DNA of 48,257 nt, the filler included, from Sphacelaria rigidula (lineage: Eukaryota), in assembly GCA_964200075.2 (NCBI GenBank). It is 2 parts of 2 records of this genome, joined end to end, with 100 filler letters (N's around TTAATTAATTAA, not from the genome) between each part and the next. Parts side by side here need not be neighbours in the genome. Positions count along the whole stretch, not along the records: positions 1 to 24,087 come from CAXNAA020000227.1; positions 24,188 to 48,257 come from CAXNAA020000228.1. One strand, written 5' to 3'. This document shows, one piece after another, positions 12,701 through 24,566 of this stretch (position 1 is the first letter of the stretch; the number at the start of each line of letters is the position of its first letter). The position numbers were made by a program, and so were the translations under genes. The notes under the pieces are model-generated. The model did not search any database, was not told the origin of the DNA, and was given only the letters and a program-made list of their open reading frames with translations.

Positions 12701-15700
12701 AAACAAGTGAACCCGTTGTCGACAGAAATACGCGATTTCACTGCTGAATTTCAAGTCGCTTTCCATGAATTTTTCGATGCAAATTAGGTATATGTGAAGC
12801 CCCTACCGTCTCCCCCATTTTTTTCACCCATGAGTTATTGGTGATCTAAATTTCGGAACATTTTTTCATGGTACAAAAGCGTCGATCACTCATGCAAAAA
12901 AAATATCAGGGGGGAATAATGGGGACTTCAAAACATACCTCATGCACTTTGTGTTACAATATCATGAAATAATACTTGAAATTGAACAGCATAACCGCGT
13001 TTCAGTTTTTCGTGGCTGTTCCATCTTCTGTGTCTGAGATGGCACGCAGTCGAGACCTCCAGCGCGCCAAGACGTCGCGCTTGTAGACAACGGCAGAGTT
13101 CCGGCCGAGGTCATTGTACTCTGAGAGCAAGTGAACCAGTCTTACGACACGAACACGCGATTTAGCAGCTCAATTTTGAGTCGTTTTCTATGAAATTTTG
13201 ACACGATGTGCAGGAGGAATGTGCGAAGACTCCACCGTCTGCCCCCTACATATTTTTTTTCTTCTCCGCGAGTCATCGGCGACCAAGCGTCTTGGAATAC
13301 TTTATTTCGGAATAAAATTTTGTATAACTCTCCCCCCCTCCAAAAACAAATGTAGGAGAGAGATGATGAGATGTGGATTCTTCGTACATACATCCTGTAC
13401 ATTGTGTCCAAAATTCATAGGTCATGACCCAGAATTGAGCCGCTAAATCGCGTGTTCACATTGCTGTCCGTGTTTTGGGCGGCCCTTCCTGTACACCATC
13501 GGCTTTGATTGCGTCGAAGGTCAGCCAAGGATACTGTTCAAGTCCCGTCGGCGCTCAAATTGTTGGTGACAAGTGATCCCTAAATCGTCGCTAGCCATGG
13601 TGGCCCGATGTTGGAGGGGTTTGTTTCTCCTCGGTTATTTTTATTACGCCGACGAGTAAAAACTGAAAAATTATTCTTCTACCGCCAACTTCACGTGTGG
13701 TATGGTGTTCCGGTGCTCGAAAATGGCAGTACAAAGTGACGGGACGCAGCGGGGCCACGGTGAGGTCAGGAGAGCCACTCGACTCGCCCATCCAGTGCAC
13801 ACTTACACCTGGGACAATCGTGGAGGTCACACTTGTTCGAGGAAGGTGAGTGTGGAAGAGTCCCGTTGTTTTTCCTGCGTCGTTCAACTTGCTTTTATTT
13901 CGGCCAGTCTTTGCCCCCATAAAAATTGCATCGGCTGCACTCTGCTCTCGAGTCTCGGATCAGCTGTCTCGCAGTGAATCAACCTTCTCTGGGTGGGGAG
14001 GGAGTGGAGGTGCAATTTCTGTCTTTCATTCATCACATTTTCGGAATGATTCTGAATGCAGGAAGCAAAAAAAGTTCTGATATTGACATTCAAAGTCCGT
14101 AACCAACAAATGAAGGTACTGCACTGTTTCAACAAGTTTTCGCGGACGGACACCGTCAAGGCTTTACCCCTTCATGTGGTACAATCCACATCACACACAC
14201 ACACATACACACACACCCTTTATGTGCAAGTCTCTTCGTACGTCCCGTGACCAGAAGAGGTTTGCGGAGGCAGCCTCGTTCACCGGTTAGTGGTGAGTAT
14301 ATTCGGTGTCGTGTACATTTTCTCTCCAGATGTCTCCACCACCAAATCAGCAATTTCCGCAGCAAGACTTGCCCGTGAGTATGTGAACTGTACTTGCTTG
14401 TCACCCAACACTTGTCTGGCGCAAAGTCAGTACTACCATTCTTATTTGCCCGCTCAACTTCGTGAGCTTTTCCCCTTCGTCGCAGTGTTGGGTACCCGGA
14501 TATTGAACCCGGGACTTGCCGATCGTTCAGCGTCTTTTGGCGTCGCCAATGTGAAAGGGTAATTCCTCGACGGACGCTGGAGATGATTTTTCACGTCATA
14601 TCTAGTTGTCTATGCACCCGTAACCACGTTGTCACCGCAATTGTTTGAAAAGCCACCCTCGTTTGCTCTTTCTTACTGCCGCTGCTCCTGCTGTGGTCTG
14701 CAACAAAAACTGGCGGGGAAAAAATAATGACCAAAAGACGATGCTGTATTGTGAGTCCTGTGAAGGGCTGGGGTAGTATCGCTACGGAAAACGGGTATGT
14801 CATCATCGAGCCGCTATCGGCGCGTCCGCGCTACCGCGTGGTATACCCGGAGGGTGTAATTGTTCGCTCTGCAGCAGATATCGACGACTCGGACTTCGTA
14901 CGCGTGATAGCGAAGGGGGAGACAGTGGAGGGGACTGGACAGGTGCAAATGTTCGACAACGTGGAACGAATCCAGGTACGTCTGTTTCTCTTGTCCTTGT
15001 CGCTCTGTCCTCCTTTAGGTAATCGAGTGAGTTCTTGTGTGGGGGGTGTCTGCCAAGACGTTGGTGACTCTGGATCTTTCATGATCATCGCTGGATTTGC
15101 ACACGGACCAGTCGCTGCGGGACAATCCTTCGACCCTAGATGGATTATTGCCCGAGCAGCAAACACCGAACGCATTTGCATATCTCGGTGACTGCTGAAT
15201 AAGGCCAGCCATGATCCCTTTCTGTACGGCTTCACCGTCATGCTTGTCATGTTGGCATCATATCCGTCACCCCTCAGCCCCCTTCGTGTGATGTGCGGTT
15301 GGTATCATCCCTTGAAATCTTTTTGCCCCCGTGGCCAATTGACGGATCTGACAGCCACTCCGATTCTGAAGAGCACCAGTATGTTTAGCGTAGATGACCG
15401 TTTGTTGGCCGTCCGGGTGCGTGACGATAATGCTTTCATGTCGGTCTGTTGACCAAAAGGATTGCAGTCTAGCAGGATCCTACTTGAAGACCTAGCAAGC
15501 GTGTTCAGGCACACTGGACAAAGACGATGGACAACTTCGGCGAAAAAAATGTGTTGAGTGCAGTATTGGATCCTGATTATACTGTACGCAAGACGCTTAT
15601 CCCAACGTTATCCATTGTCATTGTCTTGTATGCTGCGTCTGCCGAAGGCCCATCAGCCACCAGCAAACAGCCTGCTGATGGAAGCGAGGGTTTGTGAAAT

Positions 15701-18700
15701 ACAAAATCACTGCTGCGGTTTCTCGTGTGTTTGTGAATACGTGCCACCCATGTTGCAGTCCACGGGAGCGGATGACACTTGAATATAAGAATGCGTACCA
15801 TGATTGTACGGGTTTACAAGGATCGGACGGGGGCGCTCCTCCACGAAAGGCGTGGAAATTAATTAATTCAAATATGAAGAGGGTAACGGTTATGACTCCT
15901 ACCAAGAGGTTGAGCAAGAGATTTGACGCGTGTATCGGAAGTGTGGAGAGCGCGGAAGGCCTGGATGTATCATAGACACTGCGTTCTGATTAGGAAAAGA
16001 AAGCTGAAACATGGAGGGAAAAGTGGACTCGAGTTCCGAACGTAGGAGTTTGCTTAGAAGTTGGTATTTTGCTTACGAAAGAGCAACATCTCCATGTACA
16101 ACTGTGGTTGAAATTCGCTCCAACGTTTACCTATACAACATTTGACATTTCACGAGAAGGCTATAGTACATGAGTAAGCGAAAAGGACGCGACGTCACAT
16201 ACTGTGGTGATGATGGATCACATGGACGAACACCCCCCTCGAGAAAAACGTCTGATGTGTGCGTGTTGTCGTCCCTTCTATTCTGGACGCTGCTCTGCAC
16301 TTTTCGGTATATATATGTGGGCGCACCAGCCGGGGTCACACGGGAGTAAGATCAACACAGGAGCTTATTTTTTCAAATTTGTCGTCAGTACCCCACCTTC
16401 CTTCTGCGGTGCTTGCCTTAATTTGTTATCGCCGGAGGGGTTCAGCAGTCCCTTTCCCTCGTCGACTGTCAAGTCCAATTTTATGTACCCACGACATGGT
16501 CGCCCTCCACTGTTGGGCTTGGTGTGAGGGGGGGCGTACTCATTTGTTGCTTGCCCTGGTCGTTTGACCATTGACCACGCATCCCTTTCGAGACGGAGCA
16601 CTTGGTGCGAGGGGAAGACGTTTATCGTGAAAAAAACTGCTTGCCAACAAATGCACAAGGTAAAGACGGAAAAGTAAAACACGTGCGCACAGGTCCAATA
16701 AGTTTGTGAACTGCGTAGGCCGAGTGTAGGGTACTCGGATGATCCAGTTTACCGGACTGTGTGCAAACTCACAGTCCATACACTGTGAAAAACCTCAGCA
16801 GGGTTATCCCCGTCTCGAGGATGAAAGTCCTGTTTCAGGGACATCCCTCTGCGTAGGCCCCTGTGAGAGGACTCTCACCCTTGAGACGGAGATACCCTGT
16901 GAATAACCTACGCGCGAATGTTCGGGTATGTTACAGGATCCCAGGCATGCAGCCGGATGATTTGAGGGTTCACTGGAACGCAAGTGAGCCCGGTGTATAT
17001 AGCAGTGAGCACCTGAACAAATTGGTGCGTACATGTATATAGGTCATCAGCTCGCCAAGTCGCGCGGAACCCCTCCCGTGCAGGCATACGCCTGGGGGGT
17101 ACTCAAGTTCTCTTGTCTAATTAAACAAGAAAGTAAATCTGCGGTGCAAATACATGTGCGATGATAAATTTTCGAAAACACGCCTCACTTCTAATTGTCG
17201 GGGGAAGGTAATATTCGAATGTACATAATTTAAATCATCATGTAGAAGCAGCAAGAGGTGCTGCATTCAGCAAGAGCAATAAGTCGTTTCCTAAAACACA
17301 CACGGACCCACGACACTCTAACGTATACACTATAATGGTGTGTTTTGGTTATTGAAAGAAGAAAACGCCTGACTTATCAACTGCGAGGCAAAGATTCAGC
17401 GAACTTCGAGAAATTTAAGCATTTGTTTTGTTGTTGTTGCTTACGCTCTCGCTGATTGGACGCCTATGCTGTGGGGAAAACTAATCGCGTCACCGCTTAA
17501 ACTTGAGTGTTTTGCATATAAACAGCTATTTATGGCCCAAAACAAACTCCAGCCTGAAGGAAACATCGACGCTTTTTTTGCGTCTTGGTCGTGTATGCCT
17601 GTAAGATTGAAGTTTCCGTTTTTCAGAATCAAAGCGTCAGGGTCACAAGTCCAATTTACCAAAATACATACGGCCACCAGTCCAATTTAACAGCCGACAG
17701 AGGCGATAAAATTCGGCTCCAAAATTCACTGAACCGCGGAAAATCGGCTGTTGAATTCACCGAACCCCGAACACCGGGAAATCGAATCTAAGGAACACAA
17801 GAAAACCGACGAAAAAAAACGCCGGATGGATGGCTGCAAACAGGTAACAACAAACACGGCGTTTTTGATTATTGTTGATTGAAATCGAAGCAAAGAAAGG
17901 CCTGCGAAAAAAGCGTCAAGCGGTAGGCTGCATTTTTGTTGTTGTTCTTGCTAACGCATTTAGTGATTGTACGCCTACGCTGGAAGGAGAAGTAATCGCG
18001 TTACCGCTTCGACGTGAGTGTGTTGTACATATACTTGGGTCAACGTGAAATCTTGTCCTCGTCTAAGATGAGCGGTGATGGAAAATCATTGCACAACCTG
18101 ATGAACCTTACGTTATCATGTGTTTGCGCATTATACAGCCACACAATTACAGCAACATGGTCCAAAGAAAACTCTAGCCCGAAGGGAACAGATACGCCCT
18201 TCTTGCTTTATGCAGTCTCGTGTCACCTGTGTCCATGCATGTACAGTTGAAATTTACGTTATTCAGAATCAAATTTACGTTTTTTAGAATCAAAGTGTCA
18301 GATCCACCATTACGGCTCCGCATATTGCCTATCACGCGCACACNNNNNNNNNNGAACGATGATGGGAAAACATTGCACTATCTCATCAAGCTTTCGAAAA
18401 TGAAAAATGTCGCAGAGTGACGTAATGCTGAAGGGGTTTGTTGAGTGTATTTTTCTAACAGTAGGTCTAGTTGTCCCTCTTGCACGGGTGCGTTCACACT
18501 TAATCTTAGTTGGACATATCTGGGGCTTTTTTCCCCAGAGGAATTGGGACAGTCAGGTTTTGGGATCGGTTCGGCCGCAAGACACGCATGGGAACTTGCG
18601 ACAACATACGCTGCTCGAGAGATGACTGAAGATCATGTCGACATATAGCCAACGCACCGGGGAATGCTGTGAAATGGTCGCAGCGCTGGTGGTTGTTGAG

Positions 18701-19844
18701 CGCGAAGGCATTATGGGGAACGTTCCACCGACGAGAAGGAAAATGAAGGCCGAAAAATATAGATTTAGTTTTTCGACCAAGTTGTGCTTAACCTACAGTA
18801 GTGGGCGGTCTAACTACTCATTTTGTGGCAGTTTGTGATTTTTCCGTGACTGGCGGCTTTCTTGGGCTCTTCGTGCTTGCCACCCCGTATCACATCGGGC
18901 ATCTCAAGATATTAATATCCGCTCATTCGTATCCGCTCCACATTCCAAGAAGAAAAAATCATCTATACTCAATATTGAGTGACTCAGCGGCTGACCGGTC
19001 ATTGGGGGTCCTATCACGTTCCAGCATAGATTCTTACTCTTGTGTATTTTCGATCAATCGAGCCCGTCCCGATCACATTTTCAAAAAAATGTACATTTTT
19101 ATTTCATTTGAATTTCTGCCTATTCAGTGCACTAAGGTGAAACTGTGTTTTACGGTCAATAACACCTTCCTGATGAACTGAGTATTCACTCGTTTCGCCC
19201 GATAACACTAACTAAGACTGACTTGGGCACTGTGTTTCGAAGATGATCTGTTGTACCAAAATCTACCGACGCTAGCACTTTCGAGTTTTATCGAAGAGTA
19301 GTACAAGATGATAACCTCAAAACACCCCTAAATAGTTGGACCGCCCACTGTTGTGGAGGGCTGCGTCAAATCAGAGTAACGTTTTTGTTACAACACGACC
19401 CGCTAGGTGATGACTTTCGTTCGAAAACGTTGCTTTTCCATAATTTATCGCGCTCTCGCGGAGCTTCTGAGTGTTGAAAGCTAAAAGTAACGTAGCTATG
19501 CCTTACGTTGCCCGGAATATCGCTCGTTTGTCGTTAGCTTTATCACGGGTTGAAGATCTGGGTCGAATGTCGAGCGTAGAGGATAGACTTGAATGCTGTT
19601 TCTCGTATTGAGGTTCTTTATTCGCCGATGGTTCAACCATTGCGTTGGACTCACTGACTACACTAACGAACCAGAGTGACAGCTCTGGTATTCAAATTAT
19701 GATTCGAGCACAAGATTAAAAACGCCCGAAAAATGCCTGTGTCTGTTCAATATCGCCTTTTATCAGATAGCTGACGGTTGGATTAGCATGCGGCTGCGGG
19801 AAGACAATGGCGCACTGGGCGATGTTTTACTCGAGAAGATCTGA
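3696..19844 (+). CDS. 168-aa N-acylated (MGQVVALC) protein with two tandem SH3-like repeats; join(3696..3770,13730..13845,14738..14975,19767..19844)
   Basis: Four exons with GT-AG sites and consistent phases (0,2,0); 507 nt including TGA. Translation MGQVVALCTSDETEDVGYNKNTVEK|YKVTGRSGATVRSGEPLDSPIQCTLTPGTIVEVTLVRGR|RCCIVSPVKGWGSIATENGYVIIEPLSARPRYRVVYPEGVIVRSAADIDDSDFVRVIAKGETVEGTGQVQMFDNVERIQ|IADGWISMRLREDNGALGDVLLEKI*. The internal repeat Y[KR]V..G..VRS...D.S...G..VE.T...GW.S is completed only across the splice junctions. The link to exon 1 over a 10-kb intron is the least certain part. Confidence 0.75.
7180..7415. repeat. Dispersed repeat, copy 2 (copy 1 at 625-865)
   Basis: Collinear similarity to 625-865. 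Confidence 0.7.
11500..11575 (+). mobile_element. 3' fragment of the same SINE-like family
   Basis: CTTCCTGTCCGACCCCGGCTGTTGCGCCCA resembles the reverse complement of TGGGCGCACCAGCCGGGGTCACACGGGAG at ~16318. Confidence 0.45.
12384..12455 (+). ncRNA. Degenerate type I hammerhead ribozyme-like motif
   Basis: CTGATGA (12405-11), stem II GTT/AAC, GAAA (12425-28), stem III TACC-aaac-GGTA, then GTC (12441-43). Stem I is imperfect. Confidence 0.45.
12610..13457. repeat. Two tandem ~420-bp diverged units, each containing a foldback
   Basis: CGAGACCTCCAGCG..CCAAG.CGTCGCGC.TGTAGA...CAAGTGAACC occurs at ~12628 and ~13051. Inverted arms at ~13151-13235/13373-13457 and ~12725-12800/12920-13003. Confidence 0.7.
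13730..13845 (+). CDS. Exon 2 of SH3-like gene
   Basis: Acceptor GGCAG|TAC, donor AG|GTGAGT; encodes YKVTGRSGATVRSGEPLDS...VRGR. Confidence 0.8.
14738..14975 (+). CDS. Exon 3 of SH3-like gene
   Basis: Acceptor AAAAG|A (phase 2), donor CAG|GTACGT; lies inside ORF 14727..15191. Confidence 0.85.
16256..16560 (-). mobile_element. SINE-like family copy (body)
   Basis: Collinear with 1925-2140. The segment GGGGGCGTACTCATTTGTTGCTTGCC recurs inverted at ~24240-24268. Confidence 0.65.
16799..16899. repeat. ~100-nt imperfect hairpin (MITE-like foldback)
   Basis: Arm CAGGGTTATCCCCGTCTCGAGGATGAAAGTCCT pairs with AGGACTCTCACCCTTGAGACGGAGATACCCTG. A related degenerate copy lies at ~2275-2372. Confidence 0.7.
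17425..18300. repeat. Diverged tandem duplication (~510-bp period)
   Basis: TTGCT.ACGC...TGATTG.ACGCCTA.GCTG...TAATCGCGT.ACCGCTT..AC.TGAGTGT at ~17437 and ~17948. Confidence 0.6.
18800..19349. mobile_element. Putative MITE with 17-bp TIRs
   Basis: AGTGGGCGGTCTAACTA (18800-16) versus TAGTTGGACCGCCCACT (19333-49): 16/17 inverted match. No clear TSD. Confidence 0.5.
19767..19844 (+). CDS. Terminal exon 4 of SH3-like gene
   Basis: Acceptor TTTTATCAG|ATA; IADGWISMRLREDNGALGDVLLEKI-TGA completes the second repeat. Confidence 0.8.
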   Translation: MADGWISMRLREDNGALGDVLLEKI

Positions 19845-21152
19845 TGAACAGCAGAAAGGCTACTTGTACGTACGTGGGCGGACTGGAGGGCGGCGGCGGG
19901 GAGGGGGCGGGGGGGCGGGGAGAGGGAGGGGCGTCAATGTGACTTGGCCGACACCCGCACCTGAGAGACTTGATCCTAAATCTGAAGGCTCAAGGTTATC
20001 TTGGGAACGGGGGGAGGCAGGGGTCCAACGGAAACATTCTTGGCACCAGTGCGTGCGTCCTGAAATATCATGTAACGCTTCGTGAAAAGCTCCATGATCC
20101 CGGGGGAAACTTTCGCGCCGTTGAATCGAACTCACCCTCTGACTCCTTTTGGGGGTATTTTTTCAAGTTGGCTCGGTAGATTATACCAGATTTTTGCCCG
20201 GCGCGCCTGCCAGAAAGGTTCCTCTGACGGAAGTAGGGCAAAGGGAGCACACCGTAGATACATATTTATTACAGTTTTGCCCCCGTTATTTGTAAAATGC
20301 GATCGGCAACACAGCACATCATGTTTGATTTGTTTCCCCTTGCCGGGGCAGAGAGACAAGCGAGAAGCCGATGATGCTTTATGTTGCCCCAATATTGTTC
20401 AGTCCTAACGATGATAGGACTCGGCCTCACGCCATTTGTACCAGTTGTTGCCCCCCCCTCTCCCCCTCTGGGGCTGTCGGGTGGAAGTTGACTCTTTTGC
20501 CATTATTTTCCTACTTGTAGTTGTGGTGTACTGACACTCTGTACTGCGTGGGTCTCGGCAGTTTAGAGCTCAATATCTAACCTGGGAACACCAGAGAGAA
20601 CCGCCGATTTGAGTTGATCGAGTCGACTGCCGTCAATACCTCGTTGACCAGACTGCTTCCGTGATCACCGCAAACAATCCTGTTTTCCAGTCAGTTGTTA
20701 ATAGGCGTCCCAAAAATTGGCATGCTATTTCCCTGCGTATTCCACGATGTCTTCTGCTCTAGTTGTACAGATTCAGTTAACTCCCGTCAGTTGAAGCCAC
20801 GCTCGCCGTACGTACCCATTTTTCGCAACTCTCTTGGCGGTTTTTCGTACAGTAGTACACTCTGTACGTCCACCATATATGTGAAGGAGCAAGGTGGGTT
20901 GTATTTGGTGCCCGCAGCTTTCTCAATGGTCAGTTTTCTGCGACAGCACTAGAGAAGTGGTCAACGCGTTGCTGATATTGCCACCAAATGCCTCTCTACA
21001 ACAGCAACAGTAGCAGTACCAATGGAAGGAGGTGACGAGTATATTTTTTTTTCGGTCTACATTTTTAGTAAAAGTAGGAATTACAGCAGTAGTATCATGC
21101 CGGTCAAGGAGGACATGTTAAGTTATGTTTTGTACAGTCCAGGGTTGCGAGA

Positions 21153-21206
21153 ATGAAAACACCGCTGGACTCGTGGGCAGACCGCGCGCAGGAGGCGAGG
21201 GAGAAG
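21153..21206 (+). CDS. Possible orphan exon (MKTPLDSWADRAQEAREK)
   Basis: GC-rich stretch with an upstream acceptor-like TTTTGTACAG/TCCAG and donor AAG|GTGAGG. No partner exon found before the contig end. Confidence 0.25.
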
Positions 21207-22840
21207 GTGAGGTCAAGTTCATCCGTTTCTTCGCCCTGCTCCACCGGTTCTTGCGTGTCGTCAGCCGAAGCGTAGTTTGTTCTCTCGGGAAGGGGTGGGT
21301 AGTGGGGGATTCGCTTCTGGCATGTTCTTTGCATGACGAACATACTGGCGCTTACTAGAGTTCGTTCGCAAGATAATTGAGTCATGGATCGCCTCCGATT
21401 TCGTGGAATACGATGTGGAAATAGCCTTCATGGTATAGGACGAGCCTCGGGTTGTGTGTCATGATAAGTCGGGGGGAAAATATGCCATACCGCGCGTAAT
21501 CTCCTCCCTCGCGACTCTTTGTCCATGTTGTGAGTCGAATCTTAGTTGGGTTCCTGTGGAGGCAAGAGGGGCGGGAAAGCGATTGCATGTGTTATCCTGG
21601 CGAAGATGATGACACTGCTAGCTGGGATTCGTATACTTGGAGGTGGTGAGTCTTGTCCCACCTCTGCTTTCGTAGACTGCGATGAGGCGAGCCTTCACCG
21701 TACAAGGTCACCATCATCACGAGAATATCCCGTCCCGCACTCAAATAACCTTTCAGCGCCCACCCCCCGTGTCGTAAGCCCAACGCGCAGATCGTTCCTC
21801 TGCTTCCTGTATCGTAGGTGGGCAAGGAGGATAGACGGGTCTGCTGCGGGTAAAAGTGGGCTGGGACATTCCGTCGTTCGATGCATTTTTTGTACTTACT
21901 TGGCCGATTTGTCGTTGAACAATCGATTTTCGTGAGGATTAGTTCGAGGCCTGTCATCTCGACGTCTGTTGCTTTTTGTTGAAAAAAAAAAGCTGCTTCA
22001 ACCGGTTTATATTTGTTTCGTGCTGTCCACCCCCCTTCTATCTTTGAGACGAGTCCGGAAGGTGTCATGAAACTACTGGAAACGCGTCAACCCGGCCCCC
22101 GGTGCTCGCCCTCCAGTTTGTAATAAAAGGAAATGGGGCAGACCTTTCGCATCCCTTCGACATTTTTTATTGTCTTTTTCGTTGGTACTCAGTCTCTGTA
22201 AGCTTGGAGGCAACATGACCCGGATTATTGACTTCCATTGTCGGCAGTGGAACCCACAGCAAGATATGGGGGAGTTATCGTCAGGTTTCAGTGTCCGGCA
22301 TTTGAATGACCGGAGAGAGAAACGGGAGAAAAAAATCCTGATATTTCCATCGTTATTCTTGATGAATATTTCCCCAAGTCAGTCAAGTAACGGCACGAAT
22401 GAAAGACCTGGGGCAGTTCCTTATGGTGAGTAAAGGCACAAACGTGGGAAATCCCCATCAGGGGGCTTCTACGTCGTTTCCCTGAAAAAAACTAACGGAT
22501 TCTGACACCTTGGAATGCCTCGCTGTACTCGTAAAAGACGGGTCCATCGTACCTGTGCGTTTCTTCCGGCGGTCGTATTTTTATTTTGTGGTCAACCTTA
22601 CATTTTTCTCGTAGACCGAACAAATCTCGGGAGTTTTTCTGGACGTGACCGGTCTCCGGGAAAAATGCAAGTTTGGGCAAGAAAAGAAGTGCAGCCACCG
22701 GAAAAACACAGGTGTACTGGAACCGTCTCGACGAGTACAGAAAGGTATCCAAGTCGTCAAAATCCGCCCAGCTCTGTTGGAGCGTAAAATGTATAATATC
22801 CGGGAAGGCACTTCCCAGATTTTCGTTTTCGTCTGCCACA

Positions 22841-23263
22841 AACACGGGATCTTACAAATTGGGGATGGATCTTTTGTTGGGGATGAGAAACCCGGAGGAT
22901 TGAAATCTTCAAAATATGGTTCCATTTCTTCACCTACTGATTGCCTTTGACGGCAGCTATACGCCATAGAGATTTGGATTTCGATCACCGAAATGTTGGG
23001 GTCCTGCGTAAAATACCGATTTGGGGGAATTTCGGGTGTCCGAACGGATGCCAAATGGCCCCGAAATTGTTTTTTTACCTAGGACCCCAACATGTCGGTC
23101 ATCGGAATCCACATTTCTATCGCGTGTAGCAGTTGTCAACAGACATCAGTAGGTGAAGAAATAAAACTATATTTCGACGATCTGGTGTGGATACGAAGAT
23201 TTTAATCCTCCGGGTTCTAGTCCCCAATGAAAGATCCATCCCCAATTTGTAAGATGCCGTGTT
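22841..23263. mobile_element. ~420-bp near-complete foldback element
   Basis: ATCTTACAAATTGGGGATGGATCTTT...CCCGGAGGATT.AAATCTTC...TTTCTTCACCTACTGAT...TGTTGGGGTCCT is mirrored by its reverse complement at ~23060-23263. Confidence 0.75.
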
Positions 23264-24087
23264 CCATAAGGAGCGACCTAAGCCATGGTATGAATCTTCA
23301 TTTTTATTGCACTTGCCTCGTCAATCAGCAGATATTCAAAACCCCTCTTCTCAAACGGTCAGTTTAATGTCGAGGATAGTTTCAAAGTCTGAATTACAAA
23401 CGCGGTGACTTCGGTTTCAGGAAAGTACAAGGACTTCGTTGAATTTTTCGGAACTGGCGAGGTAAGTGATGACAATGCTTGTGAGCGCCACGGCATAAAC
23501 ACACGGCAGCTTTTCAAAGTGCTCCGTTGCAGTCCCAATTTCCGGACTACACCAAAAATCAAGCCGTCACGTTTCGTGCCCGGAGAAGTCTAAGCGCGAA
23601 GTCGAAGGAATTCGAAAAATTCCGAAATCTCCACAAAACTGTCGACCACAAAGGGCCTTGCACCTATGCCCTGAACAGAGGATCCTGAAAAATGAGGGTG
23701 ACCGAGGATATGGAGTTCGGGTGACCTCCCAAAAAATCATATTCCACGCGAAACATTTCTGCGATAACAACAAACTGAGGATTTTGTTTGTTGAAACTTT
23801 CCCCAAATTGCCTTGCCGCGCCTTGTTGCTCTCATGTCTGAAACCCCTCTAGAACATTCGTAACCGCTCTCACCAGGTGAGCAAGGGCGATGTTCAATGG
23901 ATTCCTTCATCTTCGAATAAATTAACAGCAGATCCTAGGAAATGGGGTTCATACAAGAAATGAGGTTGAAGTGGCATTTCTCTATCACAGGGATCACGCG
24001 AAACACTCACGACCGAGCAGAGCCATCTCCTCCCCCAAATGTCCGCAGCAGTTAAGCAGCTGTGGCTAGGTGTACCAAACGAATGCG

Positions 24088-24187
24088 NNNNNNNNNNNNN
24101 NNNNNNNNNNNNNNNNNNNNNNNNNNNNNNNTTAATTAATTAANNNNNNNNNNNNNNNNNNNNNNNNNNNNNNNNNNNNNNNNNNNN
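24088..24187. other. Artificial contig spacer N44-TTAATTAATTAA-N44
   Basis: Exactly 100 nt; the central 12-mer places stop codons in all six frames. Confidence 0.97.
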
Positions 24188-24476
24188 AACTAGGGCATGC
24201 ATGATCATGAGTACACCCCCCCCAAGGTCAAACGACTAAGGCAAGCAACAAATGAGTACGCCCCCCCCCCCCCAAGTGTAAATTGTGCTTTAGTCGTCAT
24301 TCCACTGCAGCGACTCCCTTATCAGCACTCAAACACAAGCAGGCTTGCACGACTCTGAAACGACTTTTTGTCTAAGCACGCCATCCTCATCGCACATGCT
24401 GTGGTAGCAAAGAGCCATATACAGAAATATGACTAGTGCGCTATGATCGCACAAACTGAACGCCTGGCCGACTGAC

Positions 24477-24566
24477 CTCCATGCAGCGCGCGCTGCAGAA
24501 GCGATCTCGTCGATGAACGGGACGCCCTTGAACGCTCGCCAGCTCAGGGCAGAACAGACACAAGAC
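24477..24566 (-). CDS. ZRANB3-like exon VLCLFC...RFCSARCME (last visible)
   Basis: CAG|GTC ... GAG|GTCAGT; 90 nt, phase 0/0; Cys pattern expected before the HNH region. Confidence 0.75.
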
